Positions 32,201 through 47,262 of a stretch of DNA of 64,000 nt are shown here, piece by piece (position 1 is the stretch's first letter; every line of letters begins with the position of its first letter). The notes beneath the pieces were generated by a model, which was given only the letters and a program-made list of their open reading frames with translations, ran no database searches and had not been told where the DNA came from. The stretch is from the human T2T-CHM13v2.0 reference genome, Homo sapiens: NCBI RefSeq assembly GCF_009914755.1, contig NC_060925.1. One strand, 5' to 3'. The position numbers and the translations under genes are program-made.

Positions 32201-34692
32201 GCTTCCAGGCCACAGGCTTTGAGCATGAAAGTGTTATAATAAAGTGATATTTACAAAATATTATTATAAAAGATTAATCTGTCCTGCTTCCTTTTAGGAG
32301 AAAATACCTCCTATGGGAAAATACCTCACCTGCTGGGGGTGAGGGGGCCACTTGCGTTATGGTGGAGAAAAGAAGGGGGCCTTACCCTCAGGAACAAATC
32401 CATGGGTCAGAATCCACTGAGGCCCCCAGGAGGGGTCAGGATCAGAGCCAAGAGCCACATCTAGCTGCAGGAGCTTTGGATGGGTGTCAGGCTTCATAAC
32501 TCCCCATCTGGGGTGGGCATGTTCTGCTTGTTTTGCTGTTTGTTTCCCTGAAGGAGATGTGAGTAAAGGATGTTGTAGGCTTGTCCTGGGAGGTGGAATG
32601 AATTGGAGACTGGGGGCCGTCTCTGCAGGCAGGATCTGGGGATCAGAGCAGCAAGAGGTGGGAGGCAAACTCCAGGCAGAAGAGGAGTGACGGCAAGAGA
32701 AGGCACAGAGAAGGATGTAGCCTGCAGGAGCCCTCTCAGGACCCAGGGGGTCAACCAGGAAGAACCCCGGTCTGAAAAGGGCAGGACTGAGCAGCAGCAA
32801 TGGCTAGAGACCCCATTAACCTGTAAGCCTGCGAAGGTTGGGGACCAGACCCCTGCCTTCCTCATCACAGTCCCAGGTTCTGGAAACTGGACATATAAGC
32901 CGTGACCTTGCTTGAATGGAATTTACTTTGTTTCTCTTTCTGACCATTCCCCAAATCAGAAACAGTTCTTCCACTTGTAGAAATGGGCAGGGAGAGGAAG
33001 TGTTGCCCCTTCCCACAGAGGGGCTATCAGAGGGAAGGTAGAAGGAGCTGGGACCGGAGAGATGAGCTAATTTTTCTTTTCAAAGATCATGTCTGACGTC
33101 CTGTTTTCCAACCCTGGGAGCCACTTCTCAGCGTTCACCCTCTCTGGGGCAGCTGACCATGTTGCTCAAGCTTCACTTCTTTAAAAGTTACCCCCTTGGC
33201 TTCCGGCCTTTGCACCTTCATGGTTCTCCCTCGAGGGCTGTAGTTCCTCTTTCCCCATTTCTGGTTTAGTTTACTCTTCTTCCTAAGCCCCTTACATCAG
33301 GTGTCCCAAAGTTTTATCAATAGTACCTTCTGCTTGGACATCCCCATGATCTCCCTAGGGATGCTCACCACTCACACAGCTCTGATGGTCACTTGCTTGT
33401 TAGTGAATCCTAAATCTACACCTTCAGCCTGATCGTCCTTCAATTCTAGGCCCTCCTTCGTAACAGCCTGCTGAATGCCCTCCACAATCCCCAAGCTCAA
33501 CACACCCATTGTTCAGGAGTCTTCCGTGGGACTTGGGACAGCCTTGCTGGAGGCCGCACTTCAGTAGCGAGGCCTGGAAATGAAGCTGCCTGGGTTTCTG
33601 TACCTTCACTTCCACTCACCAGCATCAGCCCCACCATCTCCCCACAGGAGGCTGCCAGCCCTCCCTCTTGTCTCTGGCCACTCTGCCTTCTGCTCATTCC
33701 TGTTGACGTTCAGGATTCAGATAACCCTGGCTGAGTGATTGGTGTTGGGCCTGGAGGATTGACACCCCCACTTAGGCACATCGTGGTGTGTAAATTCTAA
33801 ATCTATTTGAAAATGTTCAGTTTTGATGAATGCTCTGCACTGAGAGCTCACAGGAAGGTAAGAGGGGACATCCAAGGGTGAATGGGGAGAAAAGCTACTC
33901 CCTTATTTATCCTTGAAGCATTAATTGAGCTCCTTGTCTGTGCCAGGGACTATGCCAGGGGCTCAGGATCCAATAGAGAAGACAAAGTCCTGCTTTTGTG
34001 GTGCTCACAGTCTAACAGAGAACCAGGCGTTGGCCAGGCCATTAGAGGGTGACAAGTGATCCACAAGGGAAAAATAGGATGGAGGGAGAGCAAAGGACAG
34101 GGCCTGAGACCTAAAGGATTATCATTAGCTAAGAGGAAAAGAGGGAGAGGAGAAGAGGATTGTTCCAGGCAGAGGGACCAGCATGCGGGAAGACCCAAGG
34201 CCAGAGCAGCACTTTCGAGGAACTGAAAGAAGCTCGATGTGGCTGTGGAGCATTGAGAAAGGGGAAGAATGGGCCAGAAACAGGAGGGAGAGGTGAGCAA
34301 GGGCCGCGTTAGGCAGGGCGTCGGGACCCTGGTAAGGGTTTCGGATTTCAGAATTTAAACCAGTGACAGCCATGATAAAATATGAATTTAAATAAGACCA
34401 TTGGGCTGTTTGTGGCAATCACGTACTAGAGACCAGCAAGCTTCCTGTGGCAGGTAAAAAATGGGGTGGCCTTGACTAGGATGATGGCTGTTGCTGGAGA
34501 GAAGAGGTCAGATTTTAGGGATATTTTAGAGGATTTGGGAGCTAAAGAAGAACAGAGGAGTCAAAGTCAACCTACCGTTTTTCATTTGTACAACGCACTG
34601 GATGGTTGAGTTTGTTTCCTGGGAAGTCAGCTGTGGATATACTGAGTGGGGCTGCTGTTGGGGGGGTCTCGAATAAAGGTGTCAAGTCACGC

Positions 34693-34877
34693 AGGGTTGC
34701 CAGATCAAATACGGATGCCCAGTTACGTCTGAATTTTAGATAAATGACAAATAATGTTTTAGTATAAATCTGTCCTATTGCATTGGGCATATTCATACTA
34801 AAAAAGCATCCATTGTTTATCTGAAACTAAATTTAACTGGGCATCCTGTGTTTTTATTCGCTAAATCTGTCAACCCT
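34693..34877. mobile_element. MER53 palindromic MITE
   Basis: Terminal inverted repeats AGGGTTGCCAGAT...ATCTGTCAACCCT and internal arms GGATGCCCAGTTA / TAACTGGGCATCC. Confidence 0.88.
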
Positions 34878-35541
34878 ACAGGCAATTGAACCCATGGATC
34901 TGAAGATCAGGAGGGGTCTAGAAGAGAGGTGTCCTCCATAGTTTCCAGCCTAGAGCAGCACTTGAAGCATTAGGAGTGCAGGGGGTGGCTTAGGGGCAAT
35001 AAACAGAGGAGACAGGTCTAGGGCAGTCACAGTAAGTCCAATATTTAGGGTTTGGGTAGAGGAGGACAAACAGGAAAGTGTAATGGAAGCCAAGGGTAGG
35101 AGAAAGAAGAAGTGACCCTCAGTGGAAAAATCAAACATGCGAGGGCTAAAACTGTTCACTGAATGTATGGAGAAGGTCATTAGTAGTTTGGGTGCAGTTT
35201 ATTTATATTTTGTGAGGGAGGAAAAATCTATCACAGTGAGTTGAGGCGTAAATGGAAAGTGTTTGAGATGTTTTCCTAGGAAGAAGAGGGTAATCATTGG
35301 AGGAAGAGATAGAATCAAGGGAGGGCCCGATTTCACATTAGAGACTTGAATGTGTTTAAATGATGGGGAGCTGAGAGTAAAGAGGGAGAAGCTGAAGATA
35401 AAGGAAAAGAGGGGATAGGCAAGGTCCCTGAGATGGCAGCAAGGGTTGGGATCCAGAAGCTAAGAGGGCAAATTAGATAGAAGAGTGTATGCCTTCCATT
35501 AAACCAGGAGGCAAAGTGGAGAGGACCTGTGCAGCCGGTAG

Positions 35542-35937
<396 letters not shown>

Positions 35938-38900
35938 TGAGAATTCAGATGGAAGTAAGTATGTGGAAAGTTTGAGGATAGAGATACGGTCTACCAGGGT
36001 GGTTTTTCCAGGACTAGAATATGTATGGCAGGCAGCACTGAGGACCCAGCCAAGCTTGGTGGTCACAGTGTTGGAGGACCTGGCCAGCTTGCTACTGTGG
36101 CCTTCTCCTGCAGAATCACCTGTCATGCCAGTGCAGTTCAGAGGAAAAGGACAGCTGCTTCATCCACCGGTGGAATTTTGGCAGGCGGTGCAACAAGGGG
36201 GAATTTATGTTATAGGAGAGAATGAATAAAATTCTGAGCTGTGCATCTCAGGTGTGAGAAAAGAGAATGCAGGAAAAAGGGGGCTGCTGGATTGAAAGAA
36301 AACAGAGGGATCCATGGACGGGGTACCTGATGGGGTCAGAGGTCAAGAGTAGACAAAGTGATTGAGTGGAGAAGCTGAGAGTATAGAGAAGGCCATCAAG
36401 ATTAGTGATTTCAGAGGTGAGGGAGTTCTGGGTGGTGACTAAGTCTAGGGAGTGGTGATGGGAGTGGGTGGCCAAGTCACAGTGGGACAGAAGGTTGTCA
36501 GAGATGGGGAAAGCCAGCAGCTCAGAGGCTAGGGTGTGGGCTGCCACTCTCACGGACATAAAGTCATCCCGATGATGACAGGGGCTCCCTGTACACACCA
36601 CACCTTACCTCTCCTGGCAACACCCCACTGTGTCTCAACCATGTGGGTTGCTATGGTGGTGGGTGTATGTGGGATGGTGGTAGTTAAAACTGGGAGGGCT
36701 CTGTGAGATGTTTCCATAATAGGAAGAGATTTTGTCACTTGTGTAAGCTTTGAACAAAATGGGTTCCTCAAAGTCCTCACATAGCTTGTTATCAAGATGA
36801 ATCAGGATTGAGAAAATCTAAGATTCGTCCTCTACTCCCATGCTGATGGCAGCCCAGAATGGAACGCCTCCTCCCCTTCCCCCACTCCTGGAGCCTGCTC
36901 CTCTCTCATGTCCTCCCAGCCACTCTGTGTAGATAATTCAGTCTCACTCTCATGTCACCAACTCTGCCTCTTTCTATTTATTCCCACTGTACCTGTTCTG
37001 ATTCATGTTATTGCCACCAGTCTCCTAACATTACATTGCTTCTTAACTGATTTATCTGCTCCACCCTTTCCCTCCAACTTTCCCCAGCTCCCCCTTCCAG
37101 GGGAGAGAGGACAAAGAGAGGACACTCCTAGAAATAAGCTCTCCAAAATACACCCTTCCCACAGCCGTCAGCAGAGCCTCTGCAAAATGCGGGTCAGTTT
37201 AGATGACTCCTGTCATGGAAACTTCTCAGAGGGTCTCTGTGTCTACAGAACAAAGACGACACTCCTTGCTTAGCACGATACCAAGACTCCTCCTCGCCTG
37301 ACCACCTACATCTCCTCCCTCCATGTCCTATGCGCCAGTCCCTGTGGGCTTTTGTATGTTAGCTGTAACAAAGCATGTACTTTCCTGACTCATGCTCTCC
37401 TCCTGTTTCTCTGGCTGGCAAGAGCCTGTGCATCCCATAGGGCTTAGCCGCAATCACACCTTCTCTTTGGTGCCTTTTTTATCCTCATAGTTCAAAATTA
37501 ATCAGCCCTTTCTCTACAACAAAGCCAGCATGTTGTCAAATCTCTATTTAGCATATATTGTCAGCCTTGTATTGCAGTCAACTGTTTAGAAGTCGTTCAT
37601 GTAACACTTATCTATAAATATGTTTAGTTGTGTGAGACGCTGAGGACACAAAGACAGAAGGCCAATCCCTGCCTTCAGAGTGTTCATGTTTTGGTGATGG
37701 GGGAATGGGAGTTTCTGCTAGGCTGCCAGGCAATGGCACAGCTTAGTGGTATATGCTGTGATGCTTGAAGGATGTCTACCCAGACGAGGGTCAGGGAAGA
37801 CTTCCTGTGGGAAGATGACATCTCAGCTGAGGCTGGAGGGAGGAGCTGCCTGGCTTTTCAGGTAATTCCACCATGTAGTAGAATTACCAGTTTATATGTC
37901 TCTCTCCCCAGCTACAATCTAAATTTCTGAAGTTCAGAGAAATGTTTTACTTATCGCTGAGTCCCCACACCTCATTCCAGAGCCTGGCACATCTTAAACC
38001 ACAGTGATGATTGTTAGGATGGGCCTCTAGACTCCTGGAAGGCAGGAGCTCTGTCTTCTCCATTCTTTTATTCTTCTCTCTTCCAGTGCCTTGTAGCGAA
38101 GCCTTGGCAGATTGGGTGTTTTCTGAAATGAGTTACAAGAGAGCTTCCCGGAAGTAGCAGGTGCTCTGGGGACACATGAGCAAACAGTTGGCCTGGGATG
38201 TGTCTCAGACTAGACAAGTGCACACAACTCATGTGACTGCTGTCTAGACCCCAGATGCCAGCAAGCTGATGCTCATCCCAGCTGGGCTCCCTGAGGCTGG
38301 CTGACGGAACAAGACCTCCCAGCTTTGGCCTGTTGTCCATCATTCTTTCCTACACGCTGCCAGGAAACGGACAGGGAAGGGGCACTTCCAGCAAGCAGAG
38401 ACAGGGCCAAGAACTCCAGGGACCAGGCTGGAGTGACTTACCGGGACAGCGTGGGGGCACACTGAGATGCACCAGCAGAATGCCTCCTGCCCGGGCTAGA
38501 GATTGGACCCCAGCATGGTTTTGGAGGCTGTAGATTCAGCAGTTGTGGTGTCACGAGTCACTCATCTCAAATAAAGGACAGGGGGAACTCAGTGTGAGCC
38601 CCAAACAAGAAGCTCACAGGCAGCTTCTGAGCCCTGGGGAGAAATTGTTTGCTCCTGGGCTGGGTGGTAAGGGGGGGTTCTCCAGTGGACCCTCCTTCCT
38701 CCACCTACTTGCCACCAATTTGTATTGGGGAGGGGTTGGTATGCAGAGGGTGAAGACAGTATCATAAAAGCAGGAAAGTGTCCTGAATTCCAGGGCTGAG
38801 GAAACTCCCCCTGGGGCTCTATAGTTCCTACCAGGAAGTGGGGAATTCCCAGCAGCTTGCAGTGGGTGGTGGGGAGGTGGAGAGGGAGAAGTTTCCAGAG

Positions 38901-39075
38901 GGTCAGGGCTTCCTTAGGAAGGGCCCTCCCATCCTGAGGCAAATCTCTGCTCATCCCCTGAAGGTAGAAGTGGGCTTTGGGATCCAAGGTGCCCTTTAGC
39001 TTGGGATGTAGGGCATGTAATTCTTACTCAAAGGACAGCCTCTCTCCTCAGGCCTCGGCAAGGAGCCAAGACAGA

Positions 39076-39113
39076 CGCCCTCTCCTCCAGCAGCCGCCCT
39101 CTCCTCCAGCAGC
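39076..39113. repeat. 19-bp perfect tandem duplication
   Basis: CGCCCTCTCCTCCAGCAGC x2. Confidence 0.85.
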
Positions 39114-39464
39114 CGGCTCCTTGGGGCTCCTCCTCCTCCTCTCCTCCCAGCGCTCCTCGCTGGACTTCTTTATTCCCCACATTGTCTTCTCATCTCCCTA
39201 CTGAAACTAGGAGAAGGTGGAGGGAGGGCCTAGATTGTTCCTCTCTGAAAGGGTCCCCCAGTTGGGTAAGAAGAGCTGGTCTGTGGTCACGGCCTACAAT
39301 CCAGTAAGCTCGGGCTCTGCCTGTGGCCAAGTTACTCAGCTACTCCAAGTCCAGGCTTGCTCCTCTGTAAAATGGGGATGCCCCTTTGCAAAGCTGTTGT
39401 GCTGAGCCATTGCATGTCAGACTCCTTGCGAATTCGCTTTAGAGATTGTTGTTCATTAGTCGAA

Positions 39465-40120
39465 CATCCATTCAGCACATTTATTGTGTGCTCAGTGTGT
39501 GCTATGTGCTGTTCTGTGGGCTGTTCTGTGGGCTAAGAATGTAGAGTGAACAAAGCAGACAAAACCCCTGTCCTCCTGGAGCTCACACTTTAGTGGGGAA
39601 GATGAACAAGAAGGAAGCCAGCAAATACACAAACATGTAATACATAATAAATATAATTGCCTTCCACGCAAAAAATAAGGAAAAGTGACAAAGGGTGGAG
39701 AGTTCTATCTTAGGATGCTCAGCAAGAGCCTCTCTGAGGAGGTGACATTTGAACAGAGGCTTGAATGTGGTGAAGGGGAGGGCCAGGTGACAATATCCAG
39801 GAGGGCCTTCCAGGAAGAGTGAGCAGCACCAGCCAGTGCTCTGAGGCAGGGAGCAGCTTGCTTAGGGACCAGCAAGGAGTCGAGGGGTAGTAGTGGAGTG
39901 AGCAGGACACAGTTCCGGGGAGAAGAAGTCAGAGGACAAGGTAAGGCCAGGTCCCCTAGGGCCTTGTTTGTCACTTTAGGGAGTTTGCATTTTATTCTAA
40001 GTAATGGTTTTGAACAAGGGAGTGACATGATCTGATTTACGCTTTTAAAATATTACTCTGCATGGAGAATTTGCTGGCAAAGCGGGGCCAGCAGAGCAGT
40101 TAAAGAGGCTGTGGTCATTA
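39465..40120 (-). mobile_element. L2 (representative; similar relics near 24130, 33900, 40560, 41000, 43570, 48180, 55400, 63900)
   Basis: CATTCAGCACATTTATTG...GTGAACAAAGCAGACAAAACCCCTGTCCTCCTGGAGCTCACA...GGAGGTGACATTTGAACAGAGGC. Confidence 0.75.
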
Positions 40121-42496
40121 TTCACCACAGCGCTCCCCGTCTTCCATCTCTCCTCAGCCAAACTCCTCTTTTCCTCCCCACTGTGCCTGGAGTCTGTCTG
40201 CACACTCTGGAAGCTGCAGTGGCCTACCCCAGGGGGCTTTGGCAGCCTCCAGCTCTCTGAGGCTTGCAATGTTCTTGGTCCGCTCCTCCTGTCAGGAATC
40301 TCCACTCCCTGGTACCTCGGTGCTGCACCACACAACCTAAAGCACCCATCTGAGGCACAAAGCGCAGCACTTGTATAAGGTCCACTCTCTGACCATCCCT
40401 TCTTTCCTCCTCTGAGGGTTCCTCTCCTCTACCTGAGGCAGAGGTGTTGCAGACCTCGGGTTCTCTTCCAGGCCCCTTCTCTTCCCACTCTGACTGAAGT
40501 TCTGCTGTCACCCCCACCATCCCGTTCCCTGCCACAAGTGCAGCTATGGTGCTTCCTGGTGAGTCAGATGCTCCCGGTTGCATCCCATCACCAGTGTCTA
40601 CTAGATGTCCACACTGGGCATGCCTCAGGTACCTCCAAAGTGAAGGCAAAGCAGGCAGACTAAACCCCTCCCCTGAGGGAGGTCTCATTCTAGTGATGGA
40701 GATAGAGAAACACATGCACAACCTACAACATATCAGTCGGGGAGTGATAAATGCCAAGATGAAAATTAAAGCAAGGGAAGCACATTGAGAGTGATGGCGG
40801 TCAGGGTCCACTCTAGACAGAAACTTGGATTATTTGGATGCACAAGCCATGTGAGTGTCAGGGGACACAGTGTTTCAGGCAGAGGAAAGAGCAAGTGCAA
40901 TGGCCCCAGGTAGGAAATGAGATGTAAAGAAGGCGAATGTGGCTGGAGGCTAAGGGGGAACACGACTCACGCCACCATGACCTTGGCCCAGACTGTATAA
41001 ACCGTTCCCATGTAAAGTCTCCCCACCTGCAGCTCACCCTCCTCCAATCTGTGGTCCCCACTCCAGTCACTCTGGACTTTCCAAGATGCAAATTTGCACA
41101 CTGTGAACCTCTGCTATAAACCATTCACTGGCTTCTCCTGGCTCTTACGATAAAGACCAAACTGTGAGGGACCACTGGGCCACTCCCCGCCTCTTCTCAC
41201 CACCCACCTCACACCTTCTACTCCAAATTTTATGACCAGCTTTCAGTTCCTAGAATGCACTGACTCTTGACTGAGGTCTTCCTACTTTCTGGTTCCTCTG
41301 GTCCACACATTTTTGCTGCCAGCTTCCAGCCCTTATTCCCTTACCCACCTACCTCCTACTCACTCCCCAGGAAATCAGCAGGGGTGTGACCTCCACCAGC
41401 CACCTTCTGTGATCTCGAGGTGGGTGAGGTGTCCCTCCCAGGTGCTACATTGCAAGTGCCTGAGTATGTCTCTGTACCTTCTGCAAGCCTGACAGGCCCA
41501 TGAGTGCTTGTCTAGCTCATTGGAGGTGGAAACTTCAGCTCATAGCACTGGACTCGGCGCACAGAAGGTGCTCATTAAATATTTTTTGGATAGATGGAAG
41601 GGTGATGTGGGATTGGAAATGGGAATGGTGCATCTGGAAAGGAAAAGGCATTCCAAGGAGGGGGATGATGGAGAAGGGCATGGCGAAGGCAGAAGTGTGG
41701 AGACGGCTGTGTGTGCTGTGTCACATGCAGGAGCAAAAGAGGCCAGCCTGGTGGAGCAGAAGGCATGAAGGAGCAGGGGGTGAGGAGGTCGAAGAGGAGG
41801 TTGGGGCCAAGTGAGGGCATTTGGACTTCATTCTGGAGGCAACAAAGAGCCTCTGAAGATTATAATCAAGATGTGACATGGTCACAGCTGTGTTTAAGGA
41901 CATCAATCTGGTGTGACCTGCAGGTGAAACTGCAGGACAGGGAGGAGTTAGGGGAGGGATTTGGAGGCCACCTCCACTTTTGGGGGTCAGCAGGCAGACT
42001 ATTCTGAGCCCCTTCTTCAGCAGGAAGACCCTGGTCTAGCCACAAGCCTCGGTGACCCTGGACAGTGAGCCTCCCCTCCTGGTGTTCCTCCTCCCCTCGG
42101 CAGAGGCAGATTGCCCTTCCTGGTGACTCACCCCAGAAGGGTCAGCTCTAAGCAGAAAGTCATTGTTGACAGGAAGAGGGGTCAGACTTTCCCTTTTCCG
42201 GCCAGCTTCCTGGGTACCAAAATAGCAACGCGGCACAACAAAGAGTTGGGGCGGTGGAGGCCTCCCAAATGGGCTGGAGGACACACCGACCCCACCCCAT
42301 GCTGCCCACCCGCCTGTGGGATCCACCATGCCACATGACAGCCAGCCTGACAGCACCAGTCGCTGGTGAGTCTGGTAGCCCTGGAAACCCTCTCACAGCC
42401 AGCCGAGATGTGAGGGACACAGAGAGAGGAGGTGCCATTTCAGACCCCTATGCCTGGCATGTTGGGGTGAGAAGGACACACCAGTCAGAGCTGGTT

Positions 42497-42580
42497 CTGA
42501 GGCTCGCATCCGGAGGGAGATCCTGGAACCAGGGCTGAGGCTCGCATCCTGAGGGACATGCTGGAACCAGGGGGCATCCG
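42497..42580. repeat. 38-bp tandem repeat, ~2.2 copies
   Basis: CTGAGGCTCGCATCC(G/T)GAGGGA(G/C)AT(C/G)CTGGAACCAGGG repeated. Confidence 0.85.
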
Positions 42581-44094
42581 AGTTGGGGACACAGTCTGGG
42601 AAGGTGTCTAAAGGAAGTGAGAATTGAAGGAGGGACAGAGCGCTACCCAGAAGGGCATAACTAGAGGCTGGGACCAGGTCAGGAAACATGTCCCTCAGGT
42701 GTAGAAGCTGCAAGTGAGAAACCAACGTGGTAGGAACCTCAGCAGGCTGGCTCCAGCTCCAGAAGCTGTTGGAGTTGAGGATTTGTTCTCTGTAGAGGAG
42801 CAACATCACCTGTGTAGTCTGGTTCCTAGGCTAGGCCATCCTCTAGAATTCTGTGTGAGCCAGAATGTTCAACTAATAAGAGAAGGCTGCACATTGTGGG
42901 TGGAGAGCGGGAAAGAGAGGGGGCTTGCAGCATCTGCAGGGGCCAGAAACTACATGCACAGAGAAGCTTTCTCAATCGGAAAAGAGCTTAGGAAACATTG
43001 AACTGGAGAACAATGGAAGCAAACCTGTGTCCGGGAGTGGCTCCAGTGAAACCCACCTCTTTCTCTGTGTATGGAATTCCAAACACCCGTTGTACAGGAG
43101 GAAGCAGCTACAGATCGTCCTACTCACCAGCTGGGTGGCACCACCGGCTTTAAGTAATGGGTAAACTGGCTCAAGCAAGCCTGGGACTCAGAGACAGATG
43201 TGCGAAGCAGAGATGTTGCCATGCCTAGGCTGAGGGCTTTCAGCCAATCGGTGAGGGGAATGGAGGAGAAAGGAGAGAGGGGTGTTGGGTTGAGGGCCGG
43301 GATGTTAAGAAAAGGATTGTATCCTGGGAGATGGGCTAAGGATCAAGAGGATGAGGAGAAACACCCCCTCCCACAGCCTCTGCAGCACCCAGAGTTGCAA
43401 GATCCAAAGAGATGTTCCTTTCTGTCCTCTCTTTGCTGTCCCCCTCCCCTCCTGGCCCTCCCAGCATTGCAGACCCTTGCCTCTGGTTTGCAGCTGGGCT
43501 AAGGGCAAAAGCAGAAGCAAGAGCCTGAGCTGCTTTTTCCTGCCTGGATTTCTGTTCTTGCAGTTGCCACAGAGCTGGCTCCTTCTCATCATGCTAGTCT
43601 TGGCTTAAACGTTACATCCTCCAAGAGGCCTTTGCTGGCCACCGCAGTGATGTATTCCACCCTGACATCACTATCACAGTCCCTGCTTTAGTTTTAAGAC
43701 AGCACTTACCACGAACTGGTATTTTCTCTCGTTTCCTTGTTTATTTTTGTCTCTGCCATCTAGAATGGAAGCTCCCCGAGAGCAGGAACCTTGTCTGTGT
43801 TGTTCATGGCTATATCCCCAGCACTCAGAACAGGGCCTGGCACAGAGTAGGTGCTCAAATATTTAGTTGATTCATGATGAATAATAATTGCTAACATTGG
43901 TTGAGTGTTACTACATGACAAGTACTTATTTCACATATTAACTCATGGGCCAGTGAGCTATAGGCCTCTGGGCAAATCCAGCTCCCTGCTTGTTTTTATA
44001 AATACATTTTATTGGAACACATGCCTATCATGTACATATTGTCTATGGCCGCTTTCATGATACAATGGCAGAGTGGAGTAGTTGTGACAGAGCC

Positions 44095-44857
<763 letters not shown>

Positions 44858-45455
44858 CAGATTCTAAAAATATTTACTATCTGGCCCTTTACAGAAAAGA
44901 TCTGTAGACCCCTGTAGTAACTCAGTTAATCCTCATCAGTACAATTAAGGTCAGTGCTGTTACTATCTCCATTTTACAGATAAGGCAACTGAAGCACAGA
45001 GGCACAGAAGGCTTGTCCAAGGTTGCATAGCTAGTAAGTACAGAGGCTGGAGTTGAATCCAGGCAGTCTTGCTCCAGCCCATGTTACTAATCATTCCCTT
45101 TCTAAGAATGTTACCTGCTTCATTCCCTTTCTAAGAATGATCAGGAGGTGGTGGGTGGGGTGGGAGGGATAGGCTGGCCAACGTCATCATGGGAGCAGCA
45201 CAGCAGGAAGGAGAGCTGGACGTCCAGCAGAGCCCTGATGACCCAGGGCTATTGTTTTTGAGGCTTGGCCTGATTCTGGGACCCAGAGCTCTCAAATTCT
45301 GTTTCCTAGAGCCGGAGTCCTACCCGTAAACATACATAAACACCCCCAACCTTCCCAATCTGAAGATTGAGTGTAGAATATTCCCCACTTAGGACTTGAG
45401 GTCTCAACATTTTCCTTAAACTTTGACCCCTGCTATGAGTTGTCTACATGAGAAT

Positions 45456-45835
45456 TGTCTTAGTCTGTTTTCTGCTGCTATAACAGAATACTCGAGACTG
45501 GGTAATTTATAAAGAAAATAAATTTATTTCCCCAGTTCTGGAAGCAGGGAAGTCCAAGGGCATGGCCCCAGCATCTGCATGGCATCTGGTGAGGGCCTTC
45601 TTGCTGCGTTATAACAGAGTAGAAGGGCAAGCAAGCATGTGAGACACAGAGAGAGAAGCATCAGGGGCCAGACTCAATGGATAACAGCACACTTTCATGA
45701 TAACATTAATCCATCCATGAGGACTTCCCATCATGGCCCAATCACTTTTTAGTAGGCCCCACCTCCCAGCATGGTCATATTGGGGATTAAGTTTCCAACA
45801 CATGAACTTTTGGGGGATGTGTTAAAACCATAGCA
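45456..45835 (-). mobile_element. MaLR MST-family solo LTR
   Basis: TGTCTTAGTCTGTTTTCTGCTGCTATAACAGAATAC...AAACCATAGCA; 5-bp TSD AGAAT/AGAAC. Confidence 0.88.
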
Positions 45836-45913
45836 AGAACAAGGATCCAGTAGTCTCTGATTTAACACAAGTTAGGTTAATTTAAGGTTGAATACACTGT
45901 TATTTAAAAAGAT

Positions 45914-46251
<338 letters not shown>

Positions 46252-46308
46252 TCAAGAACTTCCCATTCTTCTGATGTTGAAATTTGGATGCAGTCCAACT
46301 CAGAGGTT

Positions 46309-46311
<3 letters not shown>

Positions 46312-46345
<34 letters not shown>
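46312..46345. repeat. (CA)n microsatellite
   Basis: Uninterrupted AC run of about 17 units. Confidence 0.95.
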
Positions 46346-46347
<2 letters not shown>

Positions 46348-47262
46348 CAAGAAGTAAATCCTCTAGAATCAGAAGAAAAATTGCAGCCTTGAAAATCACA
46401 GCTTTACTCATGAGGCCGCCTAGAAGTGCTAGAAGCTTCTTCTTACTTATAAGAAATGAAAAAAAAAAAGGGGGCAGGTGTCGAGGAGGATGGGAGGATG
46501 GGACAAGCTGCTGGAAGGTGTAGTGAGCGCTGAACAGGTCAGCCCCATCCTGGTGCAGAGGCCTGGTCTGAGACGCTCCGCCGTGGAGGCATGTCCTGGA
46601 AAGTGTATGCTGGTGAGGAGCAGTGGAAAGGCTTCCCTACTCCTAATCTTCTGGACTTTGGAGGCTGCTCTAAAGTTTACCAAGACTTCACATTTGCCAT
46701 CACATTTGCTCATGACAAGGCCCTGAGGGAGGAGTTACTTCTATCCCCATCAGAGAGGTTCTACAGTTTGCCAAAAGTCACACAATAAGGGGCATGACAT
46801 GATGGTCCTCCTCTTGAATAGATTCCTTGCTTATGGAGCAATCTCCAGATGATTCACTGGGGAGCCTGAAAGAGGGACAGGGTCATTTGGGTGGGGACTG
46901 AGGTATTTCAATTCGCCTGTCTCACTCTCCACTGTGCTCCGGTACCAAGACCTAGATCCTCACTCAGTATTTGTGCAGGGTATTGAAACTCCATGTCCCT
47001 ACTCTAGGCAGGTACAGGTGTGTAGGGCAGGCACAGACGGAAGCTGCAAATAAGCTGGCACAGGGAAAAGGGTTAGGAGAGGGATGTAAAGTGCCACTGA
47101 GATTCTGAGGAAGATGAGACCATGTGGGTCAGGGAAACAGAACTCTCGTTGGTGAAGAGAGCAGCCGAGAGGGCCTTGAGGGGGTTTATTTCCACAGGTG
47201 GGGATGGAGGCATAGTGACACCTTCTGTGGCTTTGCCTCTGCCAGCCTTGCCAGACTTCTTC

